Shown piece after piece: positions 26,768 through 34,959 of a DNA stretch of 64,000 bases. The DNA comes from Ilumatobacteraceae bacterium (lineage in GTDB: Bacteria; Actinomycetota; Acidimicrobiia; Acidimicrobiales; Ilumatobacteraceae): NCBI GenBank assembly GCA_040005915.1, contig JBDTYA010000060.1, forward strand, positions 1,510 through 65,509, written 5' to 3'. The notes beneath the pieces are model-generated. The model ran no database searches, had not been told where the DNA came from, and worked only from the letters and a program-made list of their open reading frames with translations. The first letter of the stretch is position 1, and the number at the start of each line of letters is the position of its first letter. The translations under genes and the position numbers were made by a program.

Positions 26768-27337
26768 GTGAGCAACTACACCGCGCTGCCCGCCAGCGGC
26801 CAAACGGTGAGGTGGGCCTCGTGGGACGGCGATGACGTGCAAGTCACCGAATTCCTGTGGGAGAACGAGGGCTGGACGATCAGCGGGCAGGTCGGCCGCG
26901 AGCGAGTCCAGTACGTCGTGCGGCCGTCCGCCTCGTGGCAGGTGCGACAGTTCCTGTTGTTCCGCGACCTCGAGGATCCCGACCTGTGGCTGGCCACCGA
27001 TGGCACGGCCAGATGGGGCGAGATGAACGGCGCCCATCGCGTCGAGCTCGACGGTTGCTACGACATCGATCTGGCGTGCACACCGTTGACCAACTCATTG
27101 CCGATCAGGCGGCTCCCGCTGCACGTCGGCGACAGCGCCGAGTTGCCGATCGTCACGGTCGATGTCGAGACACTCGACGTGCGGTCGGTCAGACACCGCT
27201 ACACCCGGCTCGACACCCACCGCTGGAGCCTCGAGCATGCCGACCGCGACGGCCAGGCCGATCAGGCGATCGAATTCGAGGTCGACGAGCACGGCATCCT
27301 GCTGGACTACCCGGGCAGGTTCCGACGGCTCAGTTGA
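26768..27337 (+). CDS. putative glycolipid-binding domain protein (DUF1089-like)
   Basis: Last ~190 codons of track ORF 25634..27337; the upstream part of that ORF is the antisense shadow of moeA. The block DLACTPLTNSLPIRRLPL...ILLDYPGRFRR matches my memory of this family. The start is uncertain (GTG at 26768). Confidence 0.55.
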   Translation: MSNYTALPASGQTVRWASWDGDDVQVTEFLWENEGWTISGQVGRERVQYVVRPSASWQVRQFLLFRDLEDPDLWLATDGTARWGEMNGAHRVELDGCYDIDLACTPLTNSLPIRRLPLHVGDSAELPIVTVDVETLDVRSVRHRYTRLDTHRWSLEHADRDGQADQAIEFEVDEHGILLDYPGRFRRLS

Positions 27338-28199
27338 TGCGGGACCGCAGGTAGTCGCCGAAGGCCTCACCGATCGCCGGGTCGTCGAGGGCGATGTCGA
27401 CGACCGCGGTCAACCACCCGAGCGGTGTGCCGGTGTCGTACCGGCGCACGTCGGACAGCACACCGTGGAACGGGCCGCCCGCGGCCTGCACACGGAGTGC
27501 GTCGGTGAGTTGGATCTCGCCTCCGGCGCCCGGTTTCAGGCGGTCGATCTCGGCGAACACATCGGGTGTCAACACGTACCGACCGATGATGATGAGGTCG
27601 CTCGGCGCGTCGTCGGCATGCGGCTTCTCGACCATCGTGCGGATGCCGACAACACCTTTCGCGTCGAGCTCCGTGGAGGGCTCGATGACACCGTACGCCG
27701 ACACCTTGTCGCGGGCGACTCGCTTCAGCCCGACGACACTTCCACCCGAGGATTCGCACAGCCGGCACATCTGGTCGAGCAACGACGAGTCGCCCATCAA
27801 CTCGTCGGGCAACATCACCGCGAACGGCTCGTCGCCGACAGCGGCCGCGGCACAACCGACGGCGTGGCCGAGTCCCAGCGGCGTGTCCTGATAGGCGAAG
27901 GAGACTCGCACGTCGCGGCCGATCGACTCGATCCGGTCGGCCATCGTGTGCCGGTCGGTCGATCGCAACTTCGTCACCACCTCGTCGGAGGACTCGAAGT
28001 ACGCCTCGATCGCCGGCTTGCTGCGATTGGTGACGATCACGATGTGGTCGATGCCGGCCCCGACCGCCTCATCGATGATCAGCTGCAGCGCCGGCGTATC
28101 GATGATGGGCAGCAACTCCTTCGGAACAGCCTTCGTCGCCGGGAGGAACCGGGTGCCGAGACCCGCGGCGGGGATGACGGCTGTACGAACCTGCATCAC
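27330..28199 (-). CDS. galU: UTP--glucose-1-phosphate uridylyltransferase
   Basis: 289 aa. It has the AVIPAAGLGTRFLPATKAVPKELLPI N-terminal signature and the VEKP block. Confidence 0.9.
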   Translation of the reverse strand: MMQVRTAVIPAAGLGTRFLPATKAVPKELLPIIDTPALQLIIDEAVGAGIDHIVIVTNRSKPAIEAYFESSDEVVTKLRSTDRHTMADRIESIGRDVRVSFAYQDTPLGLGHAVGCAAAAVGDEPFAVMLPDELMGDSSLLDQMCRLCESSGGSVVGLKRVARDKVSAYGVIEPSTELDAKGVVGIRTMVEKPHADDAPSDLIIIGRYVLTPDVFAEIDRLKPGAGGEIQLTDALRVQAAGGPFHGVLSDVRRYDTGTPLGWLTAVVDIALDDPAIGEAFGDYLRSRIN

Positions 28200-28233
28200 G
28201 GGGATGTTACGGCGCAGGCCGACCCCGCTAGCA

Positions 28234-28260
28234 TTAGCAGTCGATCAGTTCGACTGCTAA
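28234..28260. promoter_or_regulatory. CIRCE-like inverted repeat (candidate HrcA operator)
   Basis: TTAGCAGTC-N9-GACTGCTAA read directly, against the CIRCE consensus TTAGCACTC-N9-GAGTGCTAA. There is one symmetric substitution per arm. It ends 21 nt upstream of the ATG of the Ruc/FmdB-like gene. Confidence 0.65.
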
Positions 28261-28281
28261 CGCACAAATGGCGGAGCCGAC

Positions 28282-28659
28282 ATGCCTACATACGTCTACA
28301 AGTTCGTCGACACCGGCGAGACCATCGAAGTGCAGCAAGCCTTCACCGACGATGCCCTCACCCATGCCTCGCACCCGGCCACGGGTAAGACCATGCAGGT
28401 CAAGAAGGTTTTCACGCCGGTGGGCGTGACGTTCAAGGGTGGCGGCTTCTACAAGACCGACAGCCGCGGCGGCAAGTCGAAGTCGTCGTCGACCACACCG
28501 GCATCGGCCGATTCATCCGCAGCAGCGTCCTCCGCATCCTCCTCGTCATCATCCTCCTCGTCGACGGGCACGTCATCGTCGAGCGACTCCGGATCCTCGT
28601 CGGCCACCCCGGCCACCCCGTCATCGGCCCCCGCCAAGACGAGCTCGAGCGGCGACTGA
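28282..28659 (+). CDS. FmdB/Ruc-like protein with a serine-rich disordered tail; all zinc-ribbon cysteines absent
   Basis: 125 aa. MPTYVYKFVDTGETIEVQQAFTDD...HPATGKTMQVKKVF...FKGGGFYKTDSR follows the FmdB pattern (MPTYEYxCxxCG...CPxCG...FKGSGFYxTD) but contains no Cys. The tail is Ser/Thr/Ala-rich. Confidence 0.7.
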   Translation: MPTYVYKFVDTGETIEVQQAFTDDALTHASHPATGKTMQVKKVFTPVGVTFKGGGFYKTDSRGGKSKSSSTTPASADSSAAASSASSSSSSSSSTGTSSSSDSGSSSATPATPSSAPAKTSSSGD

Positions 28660-28734
28660 TCGCGCCAGGCGCGCCGATACAGTCGGCGCTTGGCTTCCCC
28701 CTGATCGTCGGTTCGATGTGTCGAGGGAGGTCCG

Positions 28735-29304
28735 ATGCACCAGCTCGCCTGGGTGCGGCTGATGGTTGCCCGCCACCCGTGGGCCTATTGGTTGGCCATT
28801 GCCGTCGCTGCGGCAGTGATCGGGCTCAGCGCCTCGCAGGCCCTCGCCGGCGTCGACGCCAGCCGTCGATCGTGGGGCCGGCAGCAGGCGGTGTGGATCG
28901 CAACGACCGCCATCGAGCCGGGCGACCCGATCGCCGCGGCACGGCGTGAGGTGCCGGTTGCCATGGTTCCCCTCGACGCACTGCACGATGCGCCCACTGG
29001 CGATGTCGCCCGCCAGCACCTGGGGCCGGGCGAGATCGTGACCAACTCCGATGTCGTTGCCGACGGGTCGGCGGCGCTCGTACCCGACGGTTGGGTGGCC
29101 TTCGCCGTGGTCGCCTCCGTCGCGCACTTCGCCCCCGGGGATCACCTCGCGGTTTTCTCGGGCGATCAGTTGGTTGCGGCCGGCGTGGTCGCCGACGTCG
29201 GCGAGAGCGAGTTGATGGTCGCCGTTCCGTCCGACGCCGCCCCGGCCATGGCAACTGCGCTGCTGGCCGACGCGGTCGTCCTGGCCCTCGCTCCCCCGCC
29301 GTAG
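28735..29304 (+). CDS. membrane-anchored SAF-domain-like protein
   Basis: 189 aa with an N-terminal TM (PWAYWLAIAVAAAVIGL). The remainder resembles SAF/CpaB-type domains. Its position after the Ruc-like gene parallels mycobacterial Rv0991c-Rv0990c. Confidence 0.4.
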   Translation: MHQLAWVRLMVARHPWAYWLAIAVAAAVIGLSASQALAGVDASRRSWGRQQAVWIATTAIEPGDPIAAARREVPVAMVPLDALHDAPTGDVARQHLGPGEIVTNSDVVADGSAALVPDGWVAFAVVASVAHFAPGDHLAVFSGDQLVAAGVVADVGESELMVAVPSDAAPAMATALLADAVVLALAPPP

Positions 29305-29313
29305 CTGCCGCCT

Positions 29314-30144
29314 TCAGCGCCAGCCGGCGGCGAGGATGACCAACACCACGACACCGAGGGTGCAGCGGTAGATCACGAACGGCATGAAGCTGCGTGTGCG
29401 GATGAGCCGCAGGGTGCCCCAGACGGCAGCCCATCCGGATATGCCGGCGGTGATGATGCCGATGATCATCGGCACCCCGAGCCCGTCGGGTACGCCGTCC
29501 TTGGCCAGCTTCAACAGCTTGTAGGCGACGGCGCCCGCCGTCACGGGGATTGCCATCAGGAAGCTCGCCCGGGCTGCGGCATCGCGTGTGAATCCGAGGA
29601 ACCGGGCGGCGGTCATGGTGATGCCCGACCGTGACGTGCCCGGGTTCAACGCCAGGACCTGGGCGGCACCGATCTTCACCGCGGCGTCGAGGTCGAAATC
29701 GAGGAGCGTTCGTGATCCCGAGCGCCGATCAGCCACCGCCAGCAGCACGCCGAACACGATCAACGAGGCAGCGATCAAGCCGGGCGTGCCGAGCTTGTCG
29801 TCGACGGTCGATTCGAACAGCGCGCCGGCGATTGCGGCGGGCACGCAGGACAACACCAACAGCCACGCCAGGCGACCCTCGGGGTTCGTCGGGCGTTCGC
29901 GGTGCGCCACCAGTCGTACGCCTTCGCGGACGTACACGACGAGATCGCTGCGGAAGTAGCCGACGACCGCGGCGAGCGTGCCGAGGTGCAGCGCGACGTC
30001 GAACGCCTTCTCGATCGATGTGTTGTCGAAGTCGTGCCAGTTGAACAGCCACGGCACCAACAGCAGGTGCCCACTCGACGAGATCGGGAGGAACTCGGAC
30101 AGCCCCTGGACGAGCCCGAGGATGATCGCATGGATGATCGGCAC
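29314..30144 (-). CDS. uppP: undecaprenyl-diphosphate phosphatase
   Basis: Track ORF 29314..30195. The probable start is the GTG at 30144 (VPIIHAIILGLVQGLSEFLPISSSGHL). The PGTSRSG motif is present. Confidence 0.9.
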   Translation of the reverse strand: MPIIHAIILGLVQGLSEFLPISSSGHLLLVPWLFNWHDFDNTSIEKAFDVALHLGTLAAVVGYFRSDLVVYVREGVRLVAHRERPTNPEGRLAWLLVLSCVPAAIAGALFESTVDDKLGTPGLIAASLIVFGVLLAVADRRSGSRTLLDFDLDAAVKIGAAQVLALNPGTSRSGITMTAARFLGFTRDAAARASFLMAIPVTAGAVAYKLLKLAKDGVPDGLGVPMIIGIITAGISGWAAVWGTLRLIRTRSFMPFVIYRCTLGVVVLVILAAGWR

Positions 30145-30155
30145 GGGGCGTAGTT

Positions 30156-30845
30156 CTACTCGACGGTCGTACCGGGAACGACTCGCGACGACCACGGCCG
30201 CGCGTCATCCCAGTGATGCCCGACCGGCCGGCCGAGGCGCAGCTTCGCCAGGAAATCGAGTGGCCCGTCGAACTCGGGCATCTCCACGTACGCCGCGCCG
30301 ACGGCGTCGGGAACGTGGGCGTCGCTGCCGGCCCCGGCGGCCAGTTCGCGGGCCGAGGCGATCGACGCGGCACGCTCGTTGAGGCTTCGCAACGACGTCT
30401 TGGCGTTGATCACCTCGATGGCATCGACGAGACCCTCGTCGATCAACGATTCGAGCGTCCCCTCGGCGATGTTGCGGCGCATCGGATCGTATGGATGCGG
30501 GATGTACACGATCCCACCTTGCGCACGGATCTCGCGGGCTGCCGCGTCTGCATGTGTGCCGACCGGAATCCTGTCGGTCAGGAACAACCCGATGATCTCC
30601 CCCGCATGCGTGCGCAACTCTTCACCGACCACGACGCGACACGACAGCCGGCCGACCAGATCGATCGCACCCTTGATGGCGTTGTGATCGGTGATGCACA
30701 ACACATCGATGCCCGAGTCCTCGACAGCGGCGGCGATCTCGTCGGGCGTCGTCGTCGAATCACCGCTCCACATCGTGTGGCTGTGCATGTCGACTCGCAC
30801 CCATCCCGTCGGCAGTGCCGAGGCGAGATGGGGGTGTCGCGCCAC
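30156..30845 (-). CDS. PHP-domain metal-dependent phosphoesterase
   Basis: Inner part of track ORF 30156..31259. VRVDMHSHTMWSGD, ITDHN, HPYDP and GSDAH are PHP His/Asp motifs. The start is uncertain (GTG at 30845 or 30800). Confidence 0.7.
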   Translation of the reverse strand: MARHPHLASALPTGWVRVDMHSHTMWSGDSTTTPDEIAAAVEDSGIDVLCITDHNAIKGAIDLVGRLSCRVVVGEELRTHAGEIIGLFLTDRIPVGTHADAAAREIRAQGGIVYIPHPYDPMRRNIAEGTLESLIDEGLVDAIEVINAKTSLRSLNERAASIASARELAAGAGSDAHVPDAVGAAYVEMPEFDGPLDFLAKLRLGRPVGHHWDDARPWSSRVVPGTTVE

Positions 30846-30900
30846 GGCAGCGGCGGACGGAGCTGGCACGAGCGGCAACAGTACCCCGTAGGCTCGCCGT

Positions 30901-31728
30901 GTGCGTTGGACACCTCGGCGGCGGCGATTCCTGCTGATCACGGGCGGGACGGGGTTCCTCGGCCACCACCTGGGGATCGCTTCGGAAGCAGAGGACTGGG
31001 AGCTGTTCGCGCCACCGTCGTCGATGATCGACATCCGTCTCCGCGAGCGAGTGATCGAAGAGGTGCTCAGCTGGCGGCCGACGGCGATCGTGCACCTCGC
31101 GTACCGGAAGGGCGACCGACGAACGATCGTGGAAGGCAGCCGCAACATCGCCGAGGCCGCCACCGTCTGCGGAGCCCGCCTCGTGCACGTCAGCAGCGAC
31201 GCGATCTTCGCCGGACGCGCCGAGCCGTACCGCGAGTACGACCCGCCATTCCCGATCACCGACTACGGGGTGATGAAGTACGAGGCCGAGCGCGCCGTGC
31301 TGGCCGAGTGTCCCGGCGCAGTCGTGGTGCGCACCTCGTTGCTGTACGGCACGCGGCGCGTCGCCACGATTCAGAGCGACGTCGAACTGGCGATCACCGG
31401 CAAGCTGGCGATGCGGTTCTACACCGACGAGTACCGCTGCCCGGCCCACGCCGCCGACGTTGCCGCGGCGCTCAGTTCACTCGCCGCCAGACCGGAGATC
31501 CGCGGACCGCTGAACGTCGCCGGCCCCGAGGCGGTCAGCCGCGCCGACCTGGCCGCGACGTTCGCCGAGTGGATGGGCTACGACCCGCGCGGGCTCACGA
31601 TCGGATCGTTGGCGTTGTCGGGCACGATCCGTCCGGGTCGCGTTGTCCTTGACTCGTCGTTGGCCGCGTCGTACGGCCTGCGCTGCCGACCGTTGTCGGA
31701 GACCCTCCGCCGCCATCCTGCGGCATGA
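30901..31728 (+). CDS. NAD(P)-dependent sugar-nucleotide reductase, RmlD (dTDP-4-dehydrorhamnose reductase)-like
   Basis: 275 aa with ITGGTGFLG, YGVMKYEAE (YxxxK) and FYTDEYRCP. Confidence 0.6.
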   Translation: MRWTPRRRRFLLITGGTGFLGHHLGIASEAEDWELFAPPSSMIDIRLRERVIEEVLSWRPTAIVHLAYRKGDRRTIVEGSRNIAEAATVCGARLVHVSSDAIFAGRAEPYREYDPPFPITDYGVMKYEAERAVLAECPGAVVVRTSLLYGTRRVATIQSDVELAITGKLAMRFYTDEYRCPAHAADVAAALSSLAARPEIRGPLNVAGPEAVSRADLAATFAEWMGYDPRGLTIGSLALSGTIRPGRVVLDSSLAASYGLRCRPLSETLRRHPAA

Positions 31729-31747
31729 CGGTCGGCGGCTGGAGCGC

Positions 31748-33118
31748 TTACGAACCGCTCATCGTCACGTCGCGGATGACGAGGGTCACGCCGGCCGCGC
31801 GCATCGGCAGCCAATCGACGTCGTTGCCGATCTCGACGACGTCGTGCAGCATCCGTTGCAACGTGGAGGCGATCGTGAACTCACGGATGGGGCCGCCGAG
31901 CTGACCGTTGGTGATGCTGAGGCCCGAAGCGCCGGCGGAGAAGTCGCCACTGATCGCGTTGACTCCGGAGTGCAGACCGCTGACCGATTGGATCAGCACG
32001 CCATCGTCGATGTCGGCGATGAGCGACGTCTGGTCGCGGTGGCCCGGCAGCAGTTGCAAGGCCAGGCAACCGACGCCAGGGGTTCCCTTGAACCCACCGC
32101 GCACGGCGTTGCCGGTGCTCTTCGTGCCGACCCGGCGAGCCGAGTACGACGAGTGCACGAATTGCTTCAGCACCCCCCCGTCGATCAGTACGTTGCGCCG
32201 CGCCGCGAGGCCTTCGCCATCGAGATCGGTCGCTGTGTACGCCTTGGGATTGGTGGGATCGTCGACGAGTGTGACGATGGAGTTGGCGACGCTCTCGCCG
32301 AGCCGATCCTTGAACAGGCTGCGACCCTTGGCGACGCTCTCGCCGTTGAGCGTGCTGGAGATGATGCCCAGGAAACTGGCAGTGACGTACGGATCGAGCA
32401 CCACGGTGGTGCGTCTCGTCGTAGGCTTCGTCGCGCCGAGCAGACCCGTGGCCCGGTCGCTCGCCTCCTTGGCGGCCTTGGCCAGATCGAACTCGATCGG
32501 CGAGCGGCCGACGCTGAAACCGAACCCTGTCTGCGTCTCGTCGCCATCGTCGGCCAGCGTGCTGACCACGACGTAGCAGCCGTTCTCGCGGCCGGTGCGG
32601 CGAATGCCTGTCGTGGTGGCGACCGCGGACTCGGACGCGACGTCGGCGTAGTTGGCGTCGTCGACGCGTACGCGGGAATCGACCGCGAGCGTCAGTCGCT
32701 CGAGCTGTTTCGCCAACTCGATCTTGCCCTCGGTGGAGTACTCGGCGAGCGCCTCGCTCCACAGGTCCTGCTCGATCACCTCGACACCGTCGAGCTCTGC
32801 GAGGCCGGCCCATTCGTCGGGCGTCCCGAACTGCACGTTGTCGCGGGCCTCGGCCAGGACCTCGGCGACGGCCGACTCGTCGAGCACTCCGGTATAGGCA
32901 AACCCGGTTCGGCCATCGCGGATGACGCGGATGCCGACGCCTTCGGTCTGCGCGGCGACGAAGTGTTCGACCGCACCTTCGTACACGCGGATGTCGGTCT
33001 CGGCGTCGCGCGACACGAATGCCTCGATGTGCTCGCCCGGCTGCGCCATCGCCACGACCCGATCGGCGATGGCCTGCAGCTCGCCAGTCCTGGTACCGGT
33101 GCCGGTGCCGGTGCTCAT
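31748..33118 (-). CDS. pmbA: TldD/PmbA-family metalloprotease, PmbA-like subunit
   Basis: Inner part of track ORF 31748..33205, starting at MSTGTGTGT (33118). The start overlaps the tldD stop (ATGA). A C-terminal GDFSAGASG block is present. Confidence 0.75.
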   Translation of the reverse strand: MSTGTGTGTRTGELQAIADRVVAMAQPGEHIEAFVSRDAETDIRVYEGAVEHFVAAQTEGVGIRVIRDGRTGFAYTGVLDESAVAEVLAEARDNVQFGTPDEWAGLAELDGVEVIEQDLWSEALAEYSTEGKIELAKQLERLTLAVDSRVRVDDANYADVASESAVATTTGIRRTGRENGCYVVVSTLADDGDETQTGFGFSVGRSPIEFDLAKAAKEASDRATGLLGATKPTTRRTTVVLDPYVTASFLGIISSTLNGESVAKGRSLFKDRLGESVANSIVTLVDDPTNPKAYTATDLDGEGLAARRNVLIDGGVLKQFVHSSYSARRVGTKSTGNAVRGGFKGTPGVGCLALQLLPGHRDQTSLIADIDDGVLIQSVSGLHSGVNAISGDFSAGASGLSITNGQLGGPIREFTIASTLQRMLHDVVEIGNDVDWLPMRAAGVTLVIRDVTMSGS

Positions 33119-34521
33119 GCTGCCGTGCCGCCGATCGTCAGTGCCTTCACCCGCAACGTCGGCTGACCGTCGCCGACCGGCACGCCCTGGCCATCCTTGC
33201 CGCATGTGCCCGGGTTGCCCATCGCGAAGTCGTTGCCCAGCAGATCGATGTCGCGGAGCACCTGGGGGCCGTTGCCCATCAGGTTGCCTTCACGCAACGG
33301 CTCGGTGATCTCGCCGTTCTCGATCAGGTAGGCCTCGGTCATCCCGAACACGAAGTCGCCAGTGGCTGTGTTGACACTGCCGCCACCGAGCTTGGCGACG
33401 TACACACCGTGCTCGGTGTCTCGAACGATGTCGTCAGGATCCTCGGCGCCGTTCAGCACGAACGTGTTGGTCATGCGGACCATCGGCAGGTGCATGTAGC
33501 TCTGGCGACGGCCGTTGCCCGACTGCTTGCGACCCTCGTTGCGGGCCCGCAGGTAGTCCCACATGTAGTCGGTGAGCACGCCATTCTCGATCAACACGTT
33601 GTACTGGCTGGGATGGCCCTCGTCGTCGATGCCGATCGCACCCCACTCGCCACTCATCGTGCCGTCGTCGACCAGCGTCACCAATGGCGAGGCGACCAGC
33701 TCGCCCTGCTTGCCGCGGTACACGCTGCCACCCTTGGCGACGAGGTCAGCCTCCAGCCCGTGGCCGCACGCCTCGTGGAAGAGCACGCCACCGCTGCCGC
33801 GCTTGATGACCACAGGCATCGTGCCGCTCGGCGCCGGTCGCGCACCGAGCTTGACGAGTGCCTGGCGGGCCGCGTCTCGGGCCAGCTCCTCGACATCGAT
33901 GGTGTCGAACATCTCGAACCCGAACGTGTGGCCTGTGCTCTGGAAGCCGGTCTGCATCCCGGCATCGCCGTTGGCGACGACGCTGATTCGAACCGACTGG
34001 CGAGCCTGCTCGTCGGAAGCCAGCAAGCCATGGGTGTTGGCGATCATGATCCGCTTGCGGCTGTCGCCGTAGCCCGCACTGACCTGCACGATCGCGCCGC
34101 CGCTGGCCCGGGCGGCCTCGTCGACGCGCTGCAGCAGTGCGACCTTCTCGGTCTTCGACACCTCGTCTGCGAATCGCTGCACGGGGCTGACGCGATGGTC
34201 GGCCTGACGGGTGAGGGCGACGATGTTCTCCGCGCCGTTGCCCTGACTTGCCGCCGCGGCGGCCGCGTCGGCGGCGGCCCGCAAACCCGCTTCGCTGAGG
34301 TCGGCTGTGTGCGCGAAACCCGTCGTATCGCCCTTGATGACGCGTATGCCGGCGCCGCGATCGCGACCACTGGTGACCTGTTCGATACGTCCGTCGTCGA
34401 GCCCGGCCATGGTCGACCGCTTGTCCTCGATGAACACTTCGGCGAACTCACCACCGGTACGCATCGCGGCGCCGAGAACCCGTTCGAGGACGTCGGACTC
34501 GACTACATCATGCTCGGCCAT
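33115..34521 (-). CDS. tldD: TldD metalloprotease
   Basis: 468 aa with the HEACGHGLE metal-binding motif and a GDFVFG C-terminal block. Confidence 0.85.
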   Translation of the reverse strand: MAEHDVVESDVLERVLGAAMRTGGEFAEVFIEDKRSTMAGLDDGRIEQVTSGRDRGAGIRVIKGDTTGFAHTADLSEAGLRAAADAAAAAASQGNGAENIVALTRQADHRVSPVQRFADEVSKTEKVALLQRVDEAARASGGAIVQVSAGYGDSRKRIMIANTHGLLASDEQARQSVRISVVANGDAGMQTGFQSTGHTFGFEMFDTIDVEELARDAARQALVKLGARPAPSGTMPVVIKRGSGGVLFHEACGHGLEADLVAKGGSVYRGKQGELVASPLVTLVDDGTMSGEWGAIGIDDEGHPSQYNVLIENGVLTDYMWDYLRARNEGRKQSGNGRRQSYMHLPMVRMTNTFVLNGAEDPDDIVRDTEHGVYVAKLGGGSVNTATGDFVFGMTEAYLIENGEITEPLREGNLMGNGPQVLRDIDLLGNDFAMGNPGTCGKDGQGVPVGDGQPTLRVKALTIGGTAA

Positions 34522-34653
34522 CGTTGCTCCAAATCATCCCGGCGACTATCAGGCGAGCCTACCGACAACCCCGTGGCGGCCACCCGCGCGACCTTCCGTC
34601 CGTGGGCCGAAAACTTCGCTCATCGAAGGCCCCGGACCTGCCGATGGACAGGT

Positions 34654-34959
34654 ATGAGAATCGGACGCTGGTCATCGAGCTGCGTCGTCATGGTCGCCAT
34701 CGGCGCCTTGACGGCCTGCAATCCTGCGACGCAGGCCAGGGTGGCCAAGAACGACGTCGACAGCGGCAATGCCGCAGCGTGCACGCAAGAACGCTCGACG
34801 ATCGAAAAGGCCGTGCAATCGTTCGTGTTGCTGAACCCGGACACTCCTGTCACCGAGGCCGCCATGGTCGCCGACGGTTTCATCCACACCGAATCGACCC
34901 TGATGGATGTCGACCCAGGAGGCTCGGTCTTCCCTGCCCCCGGCACCGTGTGCGCCTAG
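34654..34959 (+). CDS. small putative lipoprotein
   Basis: Last 101 codons of track ORF 33019..34959; the remainder of that ORF is the antisense shadow of tldD. It starts MRIGRWSSSCVVMVAIGALTACNPA (lipobox LTAC). Confidence 0.4.
   Translation: MRIGRWSSSCVVMVAIGALTACNPATQARVAKNDVDSGNAAACTQERSTIEKAVQSFVLLNPDTPVTEAAMVADGFIHTESTLMDVDPGGSVFPAPGTVCA

Noticed and set aside
28480-28640. Repetitive TCC/TCG/TCA-rich DNA, considered as a tandem repeat or array
   Set aside because: It is codon-level low complexity encoding the Ser-rich tail of the Ruc/FmdB-like protein. It has no fixed repeat unit and no spacer structure.
33019-34653. First ~545 codons of the 646-aa plus ORF 33019..34959
   Set aside because: This stretch is antisense to tldD, which carries HEACGHGLE. 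Only the terminal lipoprotein-like segment is plausible.
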